Source of the DNA: a virus
Strand: one strand, 5' to 3'
Virus record (IMG/VR): IMGVR_UViG_3300008110_000009
DNA length: 64,000 nt
Part shown: piece after piece, positions 58,048 through 64,000 of the stretch
How positions within the stretch are numbered: the stretch's first letter is position 1
Layout of the letters: every line of letters begins with the position of its first letter
The notes under the pieces: model-generated
What the model was told of the DNA's origin: nothing
The model's database searches: none
What the model saw: the letters and a program-made list of their open reading frames with translations, nothing else
Made by a program: the position numbers and the translations under genes

Positions 58048-59814
58048 TTAACAATTTATGTTTGTATTTCCGAACCCTTTAAATCCATCTGATTTATTAT
58101 TAAATTCTTTTTCGTTTATAAAATAAAAATTAAAATCTGTTTTAACATAATGCTGTCCATTTACAAATGGAAAGTCGGTGCCATTACCTTCATCATCAAC
58201 AAACCCATGATCATATAAATCCCTCCACTTCCATAATCTTTCATCTGGAAAGTATCTGGCATTATCTGGAAGATCTAATATATTGTTAGTATTAAATGTT
58301 TCAATATATGATGAAAGCTGTCTTAGCTTTACTCTATAGTGTGGTTGATATAATAACCCCATTTTATTGTTTGCTGTAGCTCCGCTAAAGCCTGTAACAT
58401 TTTCATCTTGACTATGATCAAAAATTGTTGTTGGGTGAACAATTTTATGAAGCGCTTCAGATATGATTCTTTCTTTTAATTCATAAGGATTGTATTCGAC
58501 AAATGCACCAGTTAAAATTGTTCCAGTTGGTATTGTGCTACCAGATGTAAAAGTTATTCCACTAATAGTAACAGATGTACCACTAAGTGATGTTTCTTGT
58601 GTTGTTGTTCCACTAAAATGATCATCTATCCAACTATCGTGTAAATGAAATCTATAACCAACCTTTGGTGGATATTCAAAATAACCTGAGCCATTTTTAA
58701 ATAAAACTGTTACATAAACCTCTGTTGGTGTATAACCAAGATTATTTGTTAGGCCAGTTAAAATAAAACTATTTCTAAAATCATATAATAAAGACTCTGG
58801 TCGATTTCTTTCAACTAAAACATCATTATTACCAACACTATCTTCAAATAAAATCTTTTTTTCTTCCTCAAATATTGGTACCTCAAATCCGGCTTTATCT
58901 AAAATATAATCGGTATGTGGGGTTAATATTTTATGTTTATGTACGTAATATGTTGATGTTGTTCCTGATATATTTTTATCATTAATACATCTTTTAATTG
59001 TGATTAATGTTGGTAGGGTTATACCACTAAATTGTTGTCTATTTAAATTTATTACATACTTTGATGAATTGTATTTATCATCCCCTAGGCTTGAAACAGA
59101 ATATGTTTTTCCGCTTACAGCCGAAACAGAAGATATTATAACAAACTCATCTTCACCAATTCCATGTGGGACTGGTGTTATTAATTTATAATTTGTTGCT
59201 GTTGTTTCTACTCTACATGGTATTCCTTTTCCACTAGTAAATGTAATAATATTTGTACCTTCTACTTTGGTTGCCCCACTTAGTGTATACTTCATTGGGT
59301 AATTAGTATCACCACTGTATACGTAACTCATATAAAGATTCCAGTTATGGTATGGGGCATCCATATTGGATATATTCTGATGTTTATTTCTTGGTTTTGT
59401 TGGTAATGAAAATGTTGGTGTATAAGTGCCGTATGTTGATCCACTAACAGATGGAATGCTAATATCTTGTCTATATGTGTCTCTTCTTATAAATGCAAAT
59501 TCATCATATGGAATATATCCTGTATTATCTCCAATATCACCCGCACCGCTTAAATAAAGATATTCAGTTAAATTTTGATAATTACTATCACCCTCATACA
59601 TGTTTCTGAATATCATTCTTAGTTTACCATATATTTTATATTTGTTGCTTTGTGCCCTTTCGTAGCTAAAGTGTTCTTCAAGATCTAAAACAATTGAACG
59701 GTCACCTTCCCTTAACAATTCTTCACTTGTTTCTAAACCAATTCTTGTTGATAGATCAACAGCTGGGGCCTTATGATACCTTAACTCTGGTAATATGATT
59801 GTTTTCTTTTCCAT
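58048..59814 (-). CDS. Putative structural protein
   Basis: 588 aa; start overlaps the upstream stop codon. Confidence 0.55.
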   Translation of the reverse strand: MEKKTIILPELRYHKAPAVDLSTRIGLETSEELLREGDRSIVLDLEEHFSYERAQSNKYKIYGKLRMIFRNMYEGDSNYQNLTEYLYLSGAGDIGDNTGYIPYDEFAFIRRDTYRQDISIPSVSGSTYGTYTPTFSLPTKPRNKHQNISNMDAPYHNWNLYMSYVYSGDTNYPMKYTLSGATKVEGTNIITFTSGKGIPCRVETTATNYKLITPVPHGIGEDEFVIISSVSAVSGKTYSVSSLGDDKYNSSKYVINLNRQQFSGITLPTLITIKRCINDKNISGTTSTYYVHKHKILTPHTDYILDKAGFEVPIFEEEKKILFEDSVGNNDVLVERNRPESLLYDFRNSFILTGLTNNLGYTPTEVYVTVLFKNGSGYFEYPPKVGYRFHLHDSWIDDHFSGTTTQETSLSGTSVTISGITFTSGSTIPTGTILTGAFVEYNPYELKERIISEALHKIVHPTTIFDHSQDENVTGFSGATANNKMGLLYQPHYRVKLRQLSSYIETFNTNNILDLPDNARYFPDERLWKWRDLYDHGFVDDEGNGTDFPFVNGQHYVKTDFNFYFINEKEFNNKSDGFKGFGNTNINC

Positions 59815-62800
59815 TATTCAGTTGATGGGAATGCACCTTTTGGTCCATAATATTTTATAAATTTATCATAAGCCGTGCTGCCAGGTCTTAATCCGAAATA
59901 GAATTGGAATGGTGTTGATAATACTTGTTTGTTTCCAGAATAGTTTAATGCTGTTTGATAAATAAATGTTTCATTATTGTCTTTTACATATGGTATTGGT
60001 GCAGACCATGCCCCATTAACTACAACATAGATATTTCCAGTTAATGGATTTTTCTGGGTTCCAGTTAAAACATGTAGCCAAAGGTCTCCTTCAACAAATT
60101 CTGTTGCACTTGTTGGTGTTGTTAATCTTATTGCCTCAAATCTTTCTAATGAATCAGGATAGTTACCAACAAGAGAAAACGTATCATGTGTTTTTGTCAT
60201 TGGTTTAATTAAATATTCCTCTTCACCATCAGCCATTAAATAATTTGTTGTTGTACTAGTTGTTCCTGATATTGAAACCATTCTTTGTAATTTTTGAACA
60301 CCGATAGCATTTCTGTCCCAAAATTGGTCATCGTTTAAACCAAATCCAGTTGCACCTTTATTCCATAAATAAAAAGGAACTTTTTGTGTAAAATCACCCA
60401 ATCTATTATTTAAACAATATCTAACAAAACTTCCATTTACATCTAATTTAAAATCAATTGGTGTTGGCCCCCATGACGATCCATTTTTAAAATATGTCAT
60501 AAACGTTGTATCTTCTGGATCTAAGAATTCACCATTAAACATAAAATAATGTGAACTATCTAAATCAAAAGCTTCAATGCCAGCTTCACAATTTATTGAT
60601 ATTAATTGTAAAACATCACCATCCATTACGTAACCATTAAAAGTGTAACCACTATTAGTGAAGAAATCATCAATATTTGTTCTTGCCGCTGAAACATCCA
60701 TTCTATAGTTAATAACATGTTCTATGACATTACCAGGGTCTTGATATGATGACGCAGTTAAGTCTCTTATTACTGAGCATGTTGGATCCACCGCCGGATC
60801 AAAACATATCTCATCAAAAAATTCATCTCTAACACCAACATCATAGAAAGTTGTTGGGTGTAAAAGCTCAACGTACGGTTTTTGTTCATTTGGTTTTTGG
60901 CCAATAAATAATTTTGTTGTTGGATTATAAGGTGTGCTTCTATAATAGAATTTCCCATCTAAAACATTAAAGAAAACTAATTCTCTAGGGTACTTACTAC
61001 CTCTTTGATTTAAATCTCTTATTGTTTTATCATCCCATTTTATTCTATAGTCAAATTTAAAGAAGTATAATAATCCGTGAAGCCAATTCTCTATGAATGA
61101 ATAATTTGTTACACCACCACAGAAGAACAATCCTATCCTTTTTCTTCTATACCATTCTTGTATCATCGATGCATTTTTAGAGCCACCTTCAACAACCGGT
61201 ATAACAGTAAACACACCGTCCCTTATTTCTGAATACCCAGATTTTGTTTTTCTATCATAATATGTATTTCCAAGTTTTGACCAAATCACTAGTCTAGGCA
61301 AACGACCTGCACCACTAGAACCAATGATATCAGCCATAATGGTATAACTTGAATTTGGTTTTGTTGCTGATTCAACATAACCAGATGGGTACGCTGGTGG
61401 ATATACTGGTGTATATCTATCACCATATGTTGATCCTGTTGACCAAAGATATGCTTGAGATATAGATTCATCATATGCCTTATCATATTTAAAGCAACCC
61501 TCTTCAATATTAAACACTGCCGCAGGGCTATCTGGATTTATCTTGGGTTTACTTCTATCATAAATTCTAAGTGTAACGTATGTACCTCTATCTGCGTAAT
61601 TACCTGAACCATTATTACCTCCACTATATCCTTCGTAGTTAAAACCAGAAAGCTCAGCCCAACTTCCGTGATTGAAAAATAAACCATTAACAGTTCTACT
61701 TGAATACTCTCCAACAACATTTACTAAATATGTAACATATGCTGTTCCATAGTTACCTTCACCAGTTGCCCAAGAATCTAAAATACCTTGATTTATAGTA
61801 TTTGTTGCAAATTTAATTCTATCCCCAGCCGCAGCATTTGTACTAAATGAAACAGTGAAATCACTTAATGAAACAGATTTTGTTAATGTATCACCACTTG
61901 CTGGCGAATATGGTAGTATATTATCTTTAACTGCCGATACTGCTTCCGCAACAAATCTAGAATTATTTGGGTCATTTGGTATCGGTGTGATAGTATATGT
62001 ATGTAAACTATTTAAAATTGTTCTTGTAGCAGAGTTAGTACTACCTGTGATTGCGAAGGTGTTTCCACTCATAAATGAATCGTTCGGATCATAGTCTCTT
62101 GCTCTACCACCAGGAAAAACTGCTGATGTGTTTTCATTTGTATCTGTGTTAAATGAATAAGGTATCACAAATACATTACCTCCCGTAGCACCAATCCCTA
62201 TAACCTTAAATGTAATTTCACCAACAGAACAATAAGTACTAGATAATGATGCACCTAATGTTGCATATTCATCATCAGTAGAACATTCTTCACAATCTGG
62301 ATACGTTGTTAATGATAATGTTTGAGTTCCATTAACTTGTAATCTATGTGCGATATCTTGAAATTGTTCCCCGATTTTAGCGAAAGGTCTCCAGTTAAAC
62401 GGCCACCCAAAATATATTGCATACAATGCCTTACCAATAGTCATAAAAAATCTACCTAGTAATTCAAAAACAAAATTTAATATGATGGCAAATATAAATT
62501 GTAAGAATAATAGAACTTGTGATAGTAATAGACCAAATTTAGTTCTATTTTTAAATGCAAAGTTTGTTGGTATGTAATTTGCTGTACCTGTACAATCATC
62601 TTCAGAGTTCGGTCTAATTTCTTTTATACCTAAAAATGCGTCTCTTCTGGTTAAACCAAATAAATTTTCTACAGCAGATACTTCATAATGTGATCCTTGA
62701 AAGGATGTTGGTGTGTATACTTTTCCGTAAATAAATTTATAAAAATAATCTTCAGGTATGTCATTATTGTTTGTGCCTAATATCAATTCTTTTTTATGTA

Positions 62801-64000
62801 ATTTTTCTGCCGATGTTAGTGGCTCAAGTGTTACACCAGTTGGTACTGGTACATTTATGTAATCTTCAAATACATCTGAAAAAACATATGATGAAATAAT
62901 AGCTTCACTATATTCGCTAGCACCGCCAGTACTATACTTATTAAATTCTCTAATATTTGGAACTAAATAAGTTGCAGATGATGTGCCTCTTGCTGAGCCT
63001 TCTCCTGATGACCCGCTTAATTCTAATTTAAGTCTTGCTATTGTTGATGTGGCAACCCCTTTGTTAGGGTCATTTGTTGTTTCTTGTTCACCAAACTCAT
63101 TTGTATAAACATAATCAAGATTCATTGGCATCGTTGCCATTGCTGTTCCATCTTCGTCAATAACCCCTGGATTAAAATATTCTAATTCTGGATATAATGT
63201 TACACCATCTGATCCTATAACTTTCCTACCAGTAAATCTAACCCCCTGTATTTTACCGTCACTTGTTTGTAAATTACATTTATATCCACTTTTTCTTCTA
63301 ATAACACCACTTCTTTTAACTGCGTCACCATCTGAATCTGTAACCGCTGAAACCAACATTAAGGATACTGGATCAACTTTAATTCCTAAGTTAGATAAGT
63401 CGAAATCTGCCCTGGTTATTCCTATTTGACACAAATCCATATTTCCCCAAAAAGGAGAAACATCAATAGTTTTATCGAAAGCAACTATTTGTGGTAACCC
63501 ATCTAAATCGGTATCGGATCTGAATTTGAAAAATCTATCAAATTTATTAGCGTCTTCACCTTGTCTTATAAAGTCATATGGTCTAAGTGAAAAACAACCC
63601 ATATCTGATAAATCAACATCAATATGTAATTGCTGTTCGCCTAAAGGTATGCCCCAAATCATATAGTCACCAGCATAGTTTGTTTTAGCTGTGAACTTGT
63701 AATATTTTTCAAAAACTTCTAATTGTTCTTCTCTACTAAGAATATCGTTTTGGTCTGGGAATGTACCTGTTGGTGTATGCCCAGCATGTTGTTGTCTAGC
63801 TGGTAATAGGTTATATCTATAACCATCATCATTTTTATCACTACTAAGTTTGAATGGGTAAAGTGTGGAAATTACTGGATCTTGCTCGTCTTGGTCTGAT
63901 ATTGGTACTAAAATGGAAACTCTTGCGTTTGGTATACCTAATCCATTATTTGCTGTTACCCTACCGCAAACAACACCATAGTCAGCACATAATGACGTAT
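59814..64000 (-). CDS. Large putative structural protein, 5'-truncated by the window edge
   Basis: Frame is open beyond the track start at 63662 to the window end (DYGVVCGRVTANNGLGIPNARVSIF...TAKTNYAGDYMIWGIP, carboxypeptidase-regulatory-like pattern); internal hydrophobic segment. Confidence 0.7.
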   Translation of the reverse strand, partial: TSLCADYGVVCGRVTANNGLGIPNARVSILVPISDQDEQDPVISTLYPFKLSSDKNDDGYRYNLLPARQQHAGHTPTGTFPDQNDILSREEQLEVFEKYYKFTAKTNYAGDYMIWGIPLGEQQLHIDVDLSDMGCFSLRPYDFIRQGEDANKFDRFFKFRSDTDLDGLPQIVAFDKTIDVSPFWGNMDLCQIGITRADFDLSNLGIKVDPVSLMLVSAVTDSDGDAVKRSGVIRRKSGYKCNLQTSDGKIQGVRFTGRKVIGSDGVTLYPELEYFNPGVIDEDGTAMATMPMNLDYVYTNEFGEQETTNDPNKGVATSTIARLKLELSGSSGEGSARGTSSATYLVPNIREFNKYSTGGASEYSEAIISSYVFSDVFEDYINVPVPTGVTLEPLTSAEKLHKKELILGTNNNDIPEDYFYKFIYGKVYTPTSFQGSHYEVSAVENLFGLTRRDAFLGIKEIRPNSEDDCTGTANYIPTNFAFKNRTKFGLLLSQVLLFLQFIFAIILNFVFELLGRFFMTIGKALYAIYFGWPFNWRPFAKIGEQFQDIAHRLQVNGTQTLSLTTYPDCEECSTDDEYATLGASLSSTYCSVGEITFKVIGIGATGGNVFVIPYSFNTDTNENTSAVFPGGRARDYDPNDSFMSGNTFAITGSTNSATRTILNSLHTYTITPIPNDPNNSRFVAEAVSAVKDNILPYSPASGDTLTKSVSLSDFTVSFSTNAAAGDRIKFATNTINQGILDSWATGEGNYGTAYVTYLVNVVGEYSSRTVNGLFFNHGSWAELSGFNYEGYSGGNNGSGNYADRGTYVTLRIYDRSKPKINPDSPAAVFNIEEGCFKYDKAYDESISQAYLWSTGSTYGDRYTPVYPPAYPSGYVESATKPNSSYTIMADIIGSSGAGRLPRLVIWSKLGNTYYDRKTKSGYSEIRDGVFTVIPVVEGGSKNASMIQEWYRRKRIGLFFCGGVTNYSFIENWLHGLLYFFKFDYRIKWDDKTIRDLNQRGSKYPRELVFFNVLDGKFYYRSTPYNPTTKLFIGQKPNEQKPYVELLHPTTFYDVGVRDEFFDEICFDPAVDPTCSVIRDLTASSYQDPGNVIEHVINYRMDVSAARTNIDDFFTNSGYTFNGYVMDGDVLQLISINCEAGIEAFDLDSSHYFMFNGEFLDPEDTTFMTYFKNGSSWGPTPIDFKLDVNGSFVRYCLNNRLGDFTQKVPFYLWNKGATGFGLNDDQFWDRNAIGVQKLQRMVSISGTTSTTTNYLMADGEEEYLIKPMTKTHDTFSLVGNYPDSLERFEAIRLTTPTSATEFVEGDLWLHVLTGTQKNPLTGNIYVVVNGAWSAPIPYVKDNNETFIYQTALNYSGNKQVLSTPFQFYFGLRPGSTAYDKFIKYYGPKGAFPSTE

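Noticed and set aside
1-64000. Stop-codon reassignment as in Lak or some crAss-like phages
   Set aside because: Long genes are intact in the standard code, and TAG (19378) and TGA (e.g. 19805, 21588) end genes at sensible boundaries. The breaks seen are frame changes, not in-frame stops.

Overview
This AT-rich window has almost all genes on the minus strand and reads in the standard genetic code. It looks like part of a large (jumbo/huge) tailed phage genome. The host is probably a Bacteroidota: the sigma factor, ClpP, Hc1-like protein, DUF6576-like tail, SprB repeats and TAnnTTTG-like promoters are all Bacteroidota-type. From left to right there are five blocks. (1) 1-15.1 kb: Ser/Gly/Thr-rich tail-fibre module with two LamG proteins and three apparent deletion/frameshift scars. 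(2) 15.2-20.3 kb: glutaredoxin, thioredoxin, AAA ATPase, NusG, Hc1-like and small hypothetical genes. (3) 20.3-28.6 kb: probable internal head proteins, a degenerate amidase, membrane/lysis genes and a sigma-70 factor. (4) 28.6-37 kb: ClpP, Rad50/Mre11, PD-(D/E)XK nuclease, primase and RuvC-like resolvase. (5) 37-64 kb: baseplate and surface-appendage module. The most striking candidate system is in block 5. A Cys-led motif, C(E/D)F(V/I/L)I(D/N)xxxxx, occurs 11 times on Pro-Thr linkers across three adjacent genes, starting at the C-terminus of the baseplate wedge protein. It lies next to proteins with small Cys-ended N-terminal domains and host-adhesin domains (cadherin, SprB, vWA-like, PA14-like, C1q-like), suggesting a branched, scaffold-type adhesin array on the virion. 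Other candidates are a -1 frameshift on an A10 run, a three-way-junction leader RNA, a free-standing small RNA and two promoter classes. No tRNA, rRNA, CRISPR array or mobile element was recognised. All family assignments come from reading motifs by eye, not from database searches.
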